The translations under genes were made by a program, and so were the position numbers. Under the pieces are notes generated by a model. It did not search any database. It was given only the letters and a program-made list of their open reading frames with translations, and was not told the DNA's origin. A stretch of DNA of 63,514 nucleotides, counting the filler, from Octopus bimaculoides (taxonomy: Eukaryota): assembly GCF_001194135.2 (NCBI RefSeq). It is 6 parts of 6 records of this genome, joined end to end, with 100 filler letters (N's around TTAATTAATTAA, not from the genome) between each part and the next. Parts side by side here need not be neighbours in the genome. Positions count along the whole stretch, not along the records: positions 26,822 to 51,174 come from NC_068998.1; positions 51,275 to 57,756 come from NC_068994.1; positions 57,857 to 62,195 come from NW_026316028.1; positions 62,296 to 63,514 come from NW_026437493.1; 2 more parts are not named here. The stretch is one strand, 5' to 3'. Position 1 is the stretch's first letter, and every line of letters starts with the position of its first letter. Positions 50,661 to 62,325 of the stretch are shown here, in pieces.

Positions 50661-51032
50661 TTTGTAATATGCTGTCTTGTTTTTGGATATATCTTCTAAG
50701 TTTGTGCTATAAGTTTCTTATTTTGAGAAATAATTTGTAATGTACGTCTACTTCCCCTCTCCTCTCTTTCCTCTTTCCCCCACACTATCAAACCTGTGTC
50801 CACGCCCACCTACCTCCCCACAAGCAACACTGTTGCAATTACACTAGCATACATCTGTTACACTCGCATACATCTGTCACACTCGCATGCAGAATCTGGA
50901 GGGGTTTTGCCAGGGCATGCTTACACGATATGAGGAGGATTGCTGGGAAACCATCAGAAGCAGCGTTTGAGTTTGTGTCCACTTCATCTATAGCTATAAA
51001 TATATAAGTCAGTAAATGGTGGGGGTGTTAAA

Positions 51033-51086
<54 letters not shown>

Positions 51087-51274
51087 ATGCGAGAGGGTTA
51101 GGGGTTGAGGATTCAACCCACTAAGGGATAGTATCTATCCAATATACTGCTGGGAGGGTACCCAATTATTGTTANNNNNNNNNNNNNNNNNNNNNNNNNN
51201 NNNNNNNNNNNNNNNNNNTTAATTAATTAANNNNNNNNNNNNNNNNNNNNNNNNNNNNNNNNNNNNNNNNNNNN

Positions 51275-51640
51275 TACGTTCTGAGTTCAAATTCCGCCGA
51301 GGTCGACTTTGCCTTTTATCCTTTCGGAGTCGATAAAATAAATACCAGTTATGCACTGGGGTTGCTATAATCGACTTAACCCCTTTGTCTGTCCTTGTTT
51401 GTCCCCTCTGTGTTTAGCCCCTTGTGGGCAGTAAAGAAATAAGAAACGTTAGCACGCCGGGCGAAATGCTTAGCGGTATTTCGTCTGCAGCTACGTTCTG
51501 AGTTCAAATTCCGCCGGGTTCGACTTTGCCTTTCATCATTTCGTGGGGTTCGATGAAATAAGTACCAGTTGAACACTGAGGGTTGATGTAATCCACGTAT
51601 ACCCATCCCACGAAATTGCTGGCCTTGTATCAAAATACGA
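51275..51640 (+). mobile_element. Two head-to-tail SINE family B copies
   Basis: tacgttctgagttcaaattccgccg occurs at 51275 and ~51492; the second copy starts right after the aaagaaataaga tail of the first. Confidence 0.85.
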
Positions 51641-52595
51641 AATCAATATTTTAAGTCACTTACGGTCAAAATACGACCTCCATACACATCCCGACAGTTT
51701 GTATATGAAATGACATATTTACACGCATATAGGGAACAAAATGACGTTTTATTCAACACCATAAATAAAGCTTGAAAACAAAAACCCAAAAATTGTATTT
51801 GCTATTTATGAAAGTTTTCCATTGGCTGTTTTTTTCCTCTAACCTTTTCTCTGACCTTTTTCCATGATTTCGCCTCCTCGAATTCTATTTTTGTTTTCAC
51901 ACATAATTCATCATGGATTACATTTCTAATATGTCACTCCCTTGCAATATGATAAGGGTGTGCTTTAAGAGACATATAACTGCTATTTCTAGCAGGTCGA
52001 ATTACCGCATATATATGTAGTCCCTTTGTTGTTGGTATTTAATCCCGGATCAAACCAGATTGGGCAGAATATATATATATATATATATATATATANNNNN
52101 NNNNNNNNNNNNNNNNNNNNNNNNNNNNNNNNNNNNNNNNNNNNNNNNNNNNNNNNNNNNNNNNNNNNNNNNNNNNNNNNNNNNNNNNNNNNNNNNNNNN
52201 NNNNNNNNNNNNNNNNNNNNNNNNNNNNNNNNNNNNNNNNNNNNNNNNNNNNNNNNNNNNNNNNNNNNNNNNNNNNNNNNNNNNNNNNNNNNNNNNNNNN
52301 NNNNNNNNNNNNNNNNNNNNNNNNNNNNNNNNNNNNNNNNNNNNNNNNNNNNNNNNNNNNNNNNNNNNNNNNNNNNNNNNNNNNNNNNNNNNNNNNNNNN
52401 NNNNNNNNNNNNNNNNNNNNNNNNNNNNNNNNNNNNNNNNNNNNNNNNNNNNNNNNNNNNNNNNNNNNNNNNNNNNNNNNNNNNNNNNNNNNNNNNNNNN
52501 NNNNNNNNNNNNNNNNNNNNNNNNNNNNNNNNNNNNNNNNNNNNNNNNNNNNNNNNNNNNNNNNNNNNNNNNNNNNNNNNNNNNNNNNNNNNNNN

Positions 52596-52790
52596 CGTGA
52601 AGTTAAGTCCATGGACACATGTAGCCTTGCCAACGTGTGTAACTGCATGTTGCCGGCCGGGAAGGTTTCCGACGTCCCGAAGCGTGATAAGTCCGTCTTT
52701 ATACCCAAGAGGGTGGACGATCCTATGGATCTCACCAATTGGCGACCTTTGACGGTATGTTCAGCGATGTATCGCCTGTTTTCGATATGT
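52596..52790 (+). mobile_element. R2-group (RLE-type) non-LTR RT fragment
   Basis: LANVCNCMLPAGKV...KSVFIPKRVDDPMDLTNWRPLTVCSAMYRLF matches the LAxxFNxxLxxG..P..xxIPK..D..xWRPIxxxSxxxRLF block before the RT. Emerges from an N gap. Confidence 0.65.
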
Positions 52791-54089
52791 TCAGCTGTGT
52801 ATCGTCAGTCCCACTGTGTGGCCCAAGGTACCACACAGTGGGACTGAACCCGGAACCATGTGGTTGGTGAGCAAGCTGCTTACCACACAGTCAAGAAAAT
52901 CTGTTAAAATATTCTGTGTATTGTAAGCAGTTTTTTGCTCATGAATTTTAACAGTAAAATCCTAAATGGAAAAGCAAGGGCCTTATGGACACCGATTATC
53001 CTAAATTGTAAAAGATCTGTCACTTCGCCACCGTCAGGGAAATAGCTGAGTTTATTTATTTGTTCGAGGTTGTTGATTCATTCCGCCCCGTTGCTATTCG
53101 CTGTTTCTTTTGTGTGTGATTCTTTGAGAGATAAAAAAAAAGAAGTGAACTTGATATGGGAGACGGATTTAGAAATACTGACGACTTACTGACGACCTGC
53201 GATAATTATCTTTACCGCGGAGGGACAATGCGAATATCCATACATACGTACAAACGAATACGCGCGCGCACACAATCACGCACGCGCGCACGCACACACA
53301 CACACACACACACACACTACAAATGATCGGGATGTCCTAGGACTATTAAAATCTGCAGGACCTTAAGATTTTAAAGGATGATGAACAGAACAAGATGCTT
53401 TCCTTCACAACGTTGCTACCAAACAGATGACCGGTCGAAATTTACTCTAAATTAAAAAGAGAAAGCGAAACATATACTTACATACGTACGTACATCCATA
53501 CATACATACATGCATGCATCCATCCATCCATCCATACATACATACATGCATGCATACATACATAGGCTAAGTCTTTTTTAAGTTCTAAAAAGACGTGCAT
53601 GAACTAAGAATATATCTATCTATCCATCTATCTATGTATCTGTCTATCTATCTATCTCTCTCTCTATCTATCTATCTATCTATCTTGTGTTTCCTTTCTA
53701 TATATTTATTTATTGATATTTTTTTTATTTACATTTATTTTTACTGTCCAAAGAGATAATTTAAGTCGGGTCATCTGCAGGTCAGTACCTACTGACGTAG
53801 ACATGTGACTTGACATCCATTCCTCCATCCACCCTACTAAAACCGTCCACCCTGTCACCTATAAATGCTTACATTGTACATCTCTAAGTCAAATTTTTGT
53901 CTTGTTCTAATTACTTTTTCTGTCTTGCTTCTTTCTCTGTTATTTTCATTAAAACTGCTCTGAACACAAACTTTCCTCAGCCATGGGAATTTTAGCTGTT
54001 GGTGGGGTAAATCTACTCGATATAGCAGTCAAATCGCCTTATAAAAAAGAAGGCATATTGGATAAAGTCGTTTAGTTTATACTTTTTTC

Positions 54090-54440
54090 TCTTTAGTCTT
54101 TTTACTTGTTTAAGTTAGTGTACTGTGGCCATGCTGGGGCACTGCTTTCAAGGGTTTTTTTTAGTGAAACGAATCGCTTCCAGTACTTTTTTCCCCCAAG
54201 TCTAACAATAATTCCATTGGTCTTGTATGTCGAAGTGCTGAGTTACGGGAGCGTAAACAATGCAGCACCGGTTGTCAAACGATGGGGCGGGAAAAAACAC
54301 ATACATACATATACTACGGGCTTCCACACAGTTTCCGTTTTCTACCAAATTCACTCGCAAGACATTGATCAGATTAGAATAGAACACACTTGTCCAAAGT
54401 GCCGTGCAGTGGGATTGAACCAGAAAACACATGATTGCAA
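54090..54440 (-). mobile_element. SINE family A (second copy on + at 54710-54870; head only at 56150-56240)
   Basis: Family A 3' end, core and head are all recognisable. Confidence 0.75.
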
Positions 54441-54894
54441 AAAACGCATATACACACATGCGTGTGCACACACAGACACTCACACACACAAGCAGGGTAT
54501 CAAGATTGCTATGTCCTTCGTTTCCAATCTTCCAAGAAAACATATCCGGCCTTGGGGGAAATATTACTTTATTTGTAAACAGATGGGGGTTGGTGACAGG
54601 AAAAGCACCCAGCCACAGAAAGTTCACTTCAATAAATTCTGTCTGACCCATGCAGCCCTGGAAAAGGAGATGTTAAAACGACGATGATGTGTTTATTGTT
54701 AGGTGTGGCTTATAGGTGCAGGCATGGTTGTGTTTATGAAGCTTGCTTCCCGAACATGTGGTCTGCTGGTTCAATCCCACTGCATGGCGTCTTGGCTGAG
54801 TTTCTTCTTAGCATAGTTGGCTGGGTCAGCCAAAACCTTGTGAGTGGATTTCATAGATGAAAAATACATGAAATATATATATATATATATATAT

Positions 54895-54937
54895 ATGATG
54901 AAGGCTAGCAGGCCGAAACTTTGAAGTCACTATCAGC
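54895..54937 (+). ncRNA. Minimal type-I hammerhead-ribozyme-like motif (PLE-type), 5'-truncated
   Basis: (A)TGATGA - A - GGC[tagcag]GCC - GAAAC - TTTGAA - GTC - ACTATCAGC. Same architecture as 17668-17708; C3 and the stem I 5' strand are replaced by an (AT)n tract. Confidence 0.5.
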
Positions 54938-55639
54938 ACTATTCTTATAAAAAAAATAACGTACATTATATATGTTCATTGTTGTTGTCATTGTCGTCGT
55001 CGTCGTCATCATCATCATTTAATGTCTGTTGTCCATGCTAGCATAGGTTTGTATGTATGTATGTGATAGGTTGATAGATGGACAGAGAGATAGACTGAGA
55101 TAGAGAGATAGAAAAAAGGAGAGAGAGAGAGAGAGAGAGAGAGAAAGGGAGAGAGAGGGAGAGAGAGAGAGAGAGAAAGAGAAGAAACACTGTAATATGT
55201 CTGCTTTGCTCGTGATTAAAGCCTATTGGTGAATGAATCTTTGCCAATCAGCAGAATAGCTGAGGTGACTCATAATCTTATTAAATATTAATGGATGATT
55301 TAGCAGAGATGGTCTCTCGCTATACATTTTACCGTATCTAGTTGGGTTTCTCACCTTCCCAGCTTTCAAACCGATTTGCACATGTGATTCAAACATTTCC
55401 TTGCATCTCTCTCCATTCACTAAATTCCTATGAACTACAGATCCTCATTCATTCATTCGTTCGTTCAATCATTCATTCATTCATGCATAGTAGCATCCCT
55501 TTTCTTTAGAATACATATTTGTTGTCTTCCCCCATTCTCCTTCCCTCTCACTCTCTCTCTCACTTTCTCTCCTCCCCTCCCCTCTCCCCCTCTCTCTCTC
55601 TCTCAGGCCTATTCAGCATCTTAGGGAACCCATAGAAGC

Positions 55640-55830
55640 TCCCTTGTTGGCTTGGTTATCAGCTAATTTAGGCTCCTGGAGGCATTTACATTATGCTGCA
55701 TTACAGTAAATTTAACTGCATCTCATCAACGCTAATTCTCTTTCTAATTAACTTTGCTGTTTGGTCCATCAGTCAGATCTCATGCCTCAAGTTGCTTCTT
55801 TCTAAAGCATACCCTTTGCCCTTGTAGCAG
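55640..55830 (-). mobile_element. Decayed RTE-type RT fragment
   Basis: Minus strand ...KLIRKRISVDEMQ resembles the RTE motif RIxxDEMQFGF. Confidence 0.45.
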
Positions 55831-56566
55831 GCGATGCCGTTTCTGCTAAGTCAGTCATTTGGGATAACCCAGGCACGTGCCGTCAATAATTTCTCAGGGT
55901 AGGCAGTTGGTGAACTTTATATAGTAAAACACACAAAAAGTAAGCAAAACACAAGCACAGAACTGAGTTGAAGGCAGATTTACTTCTGCCTTTATAGTGC
56001 GTAAAGAAAACAGTGTTGTAGGAATGTACACAGCACATGTACTACAGAAGTACTATGTGTAGCTTAAATACTGAGATTAAAAAACAGAGGCAAATTATGC
56101 CTACCTAATCTACAAAGAAATAAAATATTTTGCATTGTATGCATAGTAATCAGAGGCGCAGGAGTGGCTGTGTGGTAGGTAGCTTGCTTATCAACCACAT
56201 GGTTCCGGGTTCAGTCACACTGCGTGGCATCTTGGGCACACTGCTAACACAAATATGTTTGAAATAGAAAAAAAGAGAGATAGGAGTATGTTATGATTGG
56301 AATGGCTTTGATTCTAGGTTTGTTTGATCCCAGTTGACCTGGGGTTAGCTAAGAAGCAACAGCCATGACCTATACAAGTATTATATGTTTTCTTTCCCTT
56401 TGCAGCATGACCGTGAGATACGTCACTTCAACAATTACTTAGCCCATGTTCCTTGCTACTATTTGGAATCGTTTGGACACATACCTTCGTAAGAGAATTT
56501 CTTTTCATTTATTTCGTTAAGTTTTACAGTTACAGGAGTCTCGGTGCAAGAGCCAGTAAAAATGTA

Positions 56567-56838
56567 CTGACTCTGACTCTGTGTGACTCTGACTCTGTCT
56601 GACTCTGACTCTCTCTGACTCTGTCTGACTCTGACTCTGACTCTGTCTGACTCTGACTCTGTCTGACTCTGACTCTGTCTGACTCTGACTCTGTCTGACT
56701 CTGACTCTGTCTGACTCTGACTCTGTCTGACTCTGACTCTGTCTGACTCTGACTCTGTCTGACTCTGACTCTGACTCTATCTGACTCTGACTCTGTCTGA
56801 CTCTGACTGTCTGACTCTGACTCTGTCTGACTCTGACT
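56567..56838. repeat. Compound tandem repeat of GACTCT and GTCT units (10/16-mer higher order)
   Basis: Visible (gactct)1-2(gtct) iterations; this explains the SQSQTESESD ORF. Confidence 0.95.
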
Positions 56839-57619
56839 AAACAAATTGTAATATCATCACCCTGATTGAGTAACTTCCTTGGACCAATGTAACTCTTTCA
56901 TGCCAAACATCCTGATTGACCTTTGAGGTTTGAATGTCTGGCTTGAATTTTAATCACATTAGTCTTCCTCCAGATGGAATATCTCATCTGTGCATGCCAC
57001 AACTACAGATGAAAGCAGTAATTCACTAACTGAACTGGTTGATCCTAGCTGTTGATAGTTTGTTACCTGTTCATCTCTCTAGCTTCTAGTAATATTCATC
57101 ATTGACACAGTAAGGTTCATCTGCTGAAATAGTCTTCATTCACCATGCTGTGTCCCATGATTTTAATGTACCCTGGCTTAGGTGGTTTCATGCTAATTAA
57201 CCCAATATTGGGACCCTGACAGGTGCTATTACCCTAGGTCGGAGCGGACCAGGGAACAACAGTGGTGAAGAGGTGGTAATAGGATTTTAACATACAGCGT
57301 TAAAATTTCCAATTTCACAGATTTTACCATGGTTGATGATGTAAAAGATGTAGAAGCATATTGAGTGTATCTTAATTCCAGCAGTGCATATTCATGAAAA
57401 AAAATTTTTAGTGCATTAAAGCATATAATGAAGACCCAACTTTGCATTTAGGACCCAGGAGGAATTTTTTGAGACATTTCTTTAGAAGAAAAATGTGTCT
57501 TGTACGTCATCAAATATGGTGGATTTGATTGTTTTCTACTCTGAAATTAATCAAATCAGATTTAACCTGTTAACAACACTAGCAATGACAACAATAACTA
57601 AAAAAAACAAAAAACAGAA

Positions 57620-57665
<46 letters not shown>

Positions 57666-58222
57666 CTCTCTCTCTCTCTCTTTCTCTCGCTTTCTCTTTC
57701 TCTCTCTCTCTTTCTTTCTCTTTCTCTCTCTCTCTCTCCCCTCTCTCCTCTCTCTCNNNNNNNNNNNNNNNNNNNNNNNNNNNNNNNNNNNNNNNNNNNN
57801 TTAATTAATTAANNNNNNNNNNNNNNNNNNNNNNNNNNNNNNNNNNNNNNNNNNNNCACACACACACGTATCTCTCTCTCTTTCTATCTATCTATCTCTA
57901 TGTTTCTCTGTCTCTTTATCTCACTAACTATCTCTTTCTCCCGCTCTGTACATCTATATGTGTGTTTAAATATGAGCGTGCGTGTGTCTATGCTTATATA
58001 AGAATCTGGGAGTGAGGTTGTGGGAGTGAAAGGGAGAGAGACAGAGGTGTATATAATTATGTATATAAACGTGTATATATTTGTGCATAAGAACTTGGTT
58101 GAAACGCATTTGTATATATCTATATATACATCTGTACGCATGCATGTGTCGATATACGTAGGCACGCATGCGCCGCGCGGCGTGCTCGTGTGTGTGTGTG
58201 TGTGAGTGCGTTNNNNNNNNNN

Positions 58223-58267
<45 letters not shown>

Positions 58268-58349
58268 TGTGTGTGTATGTATTTGTGCATGCGTGCATGT
58301 TTTCTGTGTTTGTCTTAGAATATATATCTTTCACGACAGCAGGAACATT

Positions 58350-58595
58350 CCCTGCAATAGCATCAACAACAACAACAACAGCAACAACAACAAAGACTGC
58401 AACGATAAAAGCAAAAGCAACCCCGACACCACGGACAACAGCGACGACGACGAAGACGACGACGACGATGACGACGACGATGGCAGCAACAACTTCGGCA
58501 GCAGCAGCAGCAACACCAACTGCAACAGCAACACGAACAACAACTCCAACGACAACACCATTAACAAGTATTGAAAACAACAACAACAACAATAG
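58350..58595. repeat. Cryptic trinucleotide (AAC/AGC/GAC) low-complexity tract
   Basis: Runs of aac, agc, gac and gat; open in several frames because of composition. Confidence 0.85.
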
Positions 58596-58768
58596 ATTCG
58601 GATACATCACACCACACTGAACTGTTAGAAAACGGACGAGAAGACGCCATGATTGAACGGCTAAAAATGACGCCATCTTTACTAATTTCTGTTTTGTTTT
58701 TTTTATATATGTTACGTTTTCACTCGAACTTTTTTGTTATTGTTTCATTTATTTCCCCTCTTATTACG

Positions 58769-58799
<31 letters not shown>

Positions 58800-58865
58800 T
58801 AGAGAGAGAGAGAGATGAGGAAGAGAGATGAGGGAGAGAGACGAAGACAAAACATGCAATATATA

Positions 58866-58920
<55 letters not shown>

Positions 58921-60011
58921 TCTGTGCGTGTATGTACGCGAATTTATTAGATTTTCTATATTTACTTTCTTATCACTATATAGAAATATATATGTTTATA
59001 AGTGTGCACACGTGTGTGTGTATATGAGTGCGTTTGTGTGTGTGTGTGCGCGTGTGTGCGTAAACATATATGTATCTGTACATATATCAATGCATTTGTA
59101 TATGTATGTTAACATTTATATATATNNNNNNNNNNNNNNNNNNNNNNNNNNNNNNNNNNNNNNNNNNNNNNNNNNNNNNNNNNNNNNNNNNNNNNNNNNN
59201 NNNNNNNNNNNNNNNNNNNNNNNNNNNNNNNNNNNNNNNNNNNNNNNNNNNNNNNNNTATATATATATATATGTACACACACACACAGATATATATTTGG
59301 TTTATCATGTGTGTACGTAATTCGATTTCCTCTCTAAATAACATTATATGTTGCTGCCGTGTCTGGTCGGGGTATAACTGAGGTGTTAACTAATCATGTT
59401 TTATTGAAAGATTTCTGCTTAGTAAACTTTTAATTACAGAATTCATTGTGCAGCAAATAGACGCTAATGGTAGAAAATGGTAGGTAACGAGGCTGCTTGA
59501 ATTCTTGGAGTATGGAGGTTGAAGTTTTATCGTGGGGGAGAGATTGGCGTATTGTGGTCTGGGTTTAATGATATGTAGTTGGAGGATTGGTGTTCTGGAA
59601 TTAGATTTCCAGGTTTCTGATTTATTGTTGTGGGTTCTGAAGTTGGAATTTTAGCATTGGATTCTTAGTGTTGAAATATCGAACTTCATGTTTGAAATTT
59701 TAGAATTTGGTGTTCGGAAATTATATTTTGTGGTTTGGTGGTTTGGAGTTCATAGTCTGAAGTTTTGGCATTTATGCAACAATTTGCAGATTTAAGTTTA
59801 ACGCTTTAAAATCCAATGTTTGGAGCATGGATTTTCGTACCAGGAGTTTGGCGTTTATGCAGCTAAAGGAAGTTAGTGGGATTAAACTGTTGAAAACGAG
59901 GCTGTTTGAATTGTTAGATTATGGAGGTGAACGTTTTATCGTTGAGTTGGGATGTTGGTTTTTATCGCTAAGTATTAAAGTATTAATGTGTGGCTGCTTT
60001 CGGGTGATTTG

Positions 60012-60068
<57 letters not shown>

Positions 60069-60741
60069 ACGCGTATAGGCAAGCCTCCTTTTTGTCTGTC
60101 GAAGGCTTATATGCCCCCTTTATTAGACTATTTTCCTTAGTCATTGCACGGTGATCACCCTAAGCTTCCAGCTTATATAAAAAAATAACATCATTATTAT
60201 TTACTGGTTTGTAAAATATGGCGCCGTATAACAAAACCATTCGTATATATATACATACTTACATATATATATGTATATGTACAGGACGGTGCAACTAGCA
60301 TGAAATATGTAAACAAGGAGAAAAGAATGGAAAATAGGACAAGTAACACAGCGAAAGGACCCTTCATCAGTTGTCAGCTGTCTATCTACTCCTCATTTCG
60401 AACATTCAACGACAATATGAGTCTTCGAAGACAGTTGTTCCCATAAATTACAAAATAAAATTTGGGATATATGGAGGGTCAAAGCTGGAAACAAAATCAT
60501 GACCGTGGAGATATACAAGGAAACCGAACGAAAACAAACATGGAGGGTCGTTAGACCAGAACGAGACGCATATATGTATACACAAATACTCATGTACATT
60601 ATGTATAGGTATATATTCATATAAATATGTGTGTATAAATACATATGTATATATATATATGTGCTTGTACATATGCGTATGTCTATATATTTATATGTGC
60701 GTGTGTGCGTGTGTGTGTGTGTATCTTTATGTATGATGTAT

Positions 60742-60772
<31 letters not shown>

Positions 60773-62122
60773 TGAATTTTTATAGAATGTGTATATGCAA
60801 AATATACGAATACAGAAACACACGCATGTACTCACATGTATTTCATACACAGACACACACACACAGGCACAGGCACACACACACACACACGCACACACAA
60901 GCCAACACACGCACACACACAAGCACACGCATGCAAGGATAAACATCCTTGTAGAGACTGGTAGGGATTAATGTAATGGGGTTGGCGACGGTGAGTCTGT
61001 GAAGTGACGCGCTGTGAAGAGGAAGATGTGTAGCCAGAAGAGACTACAGATCATATAAAATGGACATTTTNNNNNNNNNNNNNNNNNNNNNNNNNNNNNN
61101 NNNNNNNNNNNNNNNNNNNNNNNNNNNNNNNNNNNNNNNNNNNNNNNNNNNNNNNNNNNNNNNNNNNNNNNNNNNNNNNNNNNNNNNNNNNNNNNNNNNN
61201 NNNNNNNNNNNNNNNNNNNNNNNNNNNNNNNNNNNNNNNNNNNNNNNNNNNNNNNNNNNNNNNNNNNNNNNNNNNNNNNNNNNNNNNNNNNNNNNNNNNN
61301 NNNNNNNNNNNNNNNNNNNNNNNNNNNNNNNNNNNNNNNNNNNNNNNNNNNNNNNNNNNNNNNNNNNNNNNNNNNNNNNNNNNNNNNNNNNNNNNNNNNN
61401 NNNNNNNNNNNNNNNNNNNNNNNNNNNNNNNNNNNNNNNNNNNNNNNNNNNNNNNNNNNNNNNNNNNNNNNNNNNNNNNNNNNNNNNNNNNNNNNNNNNN
61501 NNNNNNNNNNNNNNNNNNNNNNNNNNNNNNNNNNNNNNNNNNNNNNNNNNNNNNNNNNNNNNNNNNNNNNNNNNNNNNNNNNNNNNNGGGTATAGAAGTA
61601 AATGTAAGGATAAGTAAGTTAGATAGATCGATAAATAAAGTATAGTGAATACATGAAATACAAAAAAAGTTAGCTATGTTTCCATACCAAAAGGTCCGAC
61701 TTACACAGAATTCAAATGATATAGGGATGACGTCATTGAACTTCTTTTGTGCATATTTGCGTCTTTGAACTTCTTTTCCTTTAACACTTCAAATGTAAGA
61801 TTTCTTCCCTGAAGACGGAAGCCGTCTCATCCTACGATGGAATCAATCGTCAAACATTACTTTTGACCACCGAGCCCCCAGAAACAGCTGTTGGATTCGC
61901 AATACTTTTCTTCAACCCCTTTAATTCTCTATATCATTTGTATTCTGTGTAAGTTGGATCTTTTTGTATGTAGACATATATACATTTTTTGTATTTCATG
62001 TATTCAATATACTTTATATACTGTTCTGTATAACGTGCTTATCCCTACATTTACTTATATATATGTATATGTATATACATATATATATGTATGTATTTTG
62101 TGTGTGTGTGTATGTATGTGCG

Positions 62123-62195
<73 letters not shown>

Positions 62196-62325
62196 NNNNN
62201 NNNNNNNNNNNNNNNNNNNNNNNNNNNNNNNNNNNNNNNTTAATTAATTAANNNNNNNNNNNNNNNNNNNNNNNNNNNNNNNNNNNNNNNNNNNNGTGTG
62301 TGTGTGTGTGTGTGTGTGTACACAG

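Noticed and set aside
55869-56106. Possible MITE end (CAGGCACGTGCCGTCAAT...GGGTAGGCA / TGCCTACC)
   Set aside because: Only a short internal inversion; no paired termini or TSD.
58320-58620. Mucin-like Thr-rich ORF (TTTTTATTTKT...) after a plus-strand acceptor-like site
   Set aside because: Fully explained by AAC/GAC/AGC trinucleotide simplicity, which is open in several frames on both strands.
60300-60560. CTGATGAAGG on the minus strand with a GTCTTCGAAGAC palindrome
   Set aside because: Elements are not in hammerhead order; probably a decayed retroelement UTR, family not established.
61808-61832. CTGAAGACGG-AAG-CCGTCTCA hairpin as a hammerhead
   Set aside because: No GAAA or stem III follows on either strand.
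4361-62251. Long ORFs in the track made of X, YI/IY, HT/TH, CV/VC or RE/LS runs
   Set aside because: They read through N gaps and dinucleotide microsatellites; not genes.
11005-62251. Five identical TTAATTAATTAA words (homeobox-site-like or repeat-like)
   Set aside because: Always embedded in N runs with stops in all frames: an assembly spacer.
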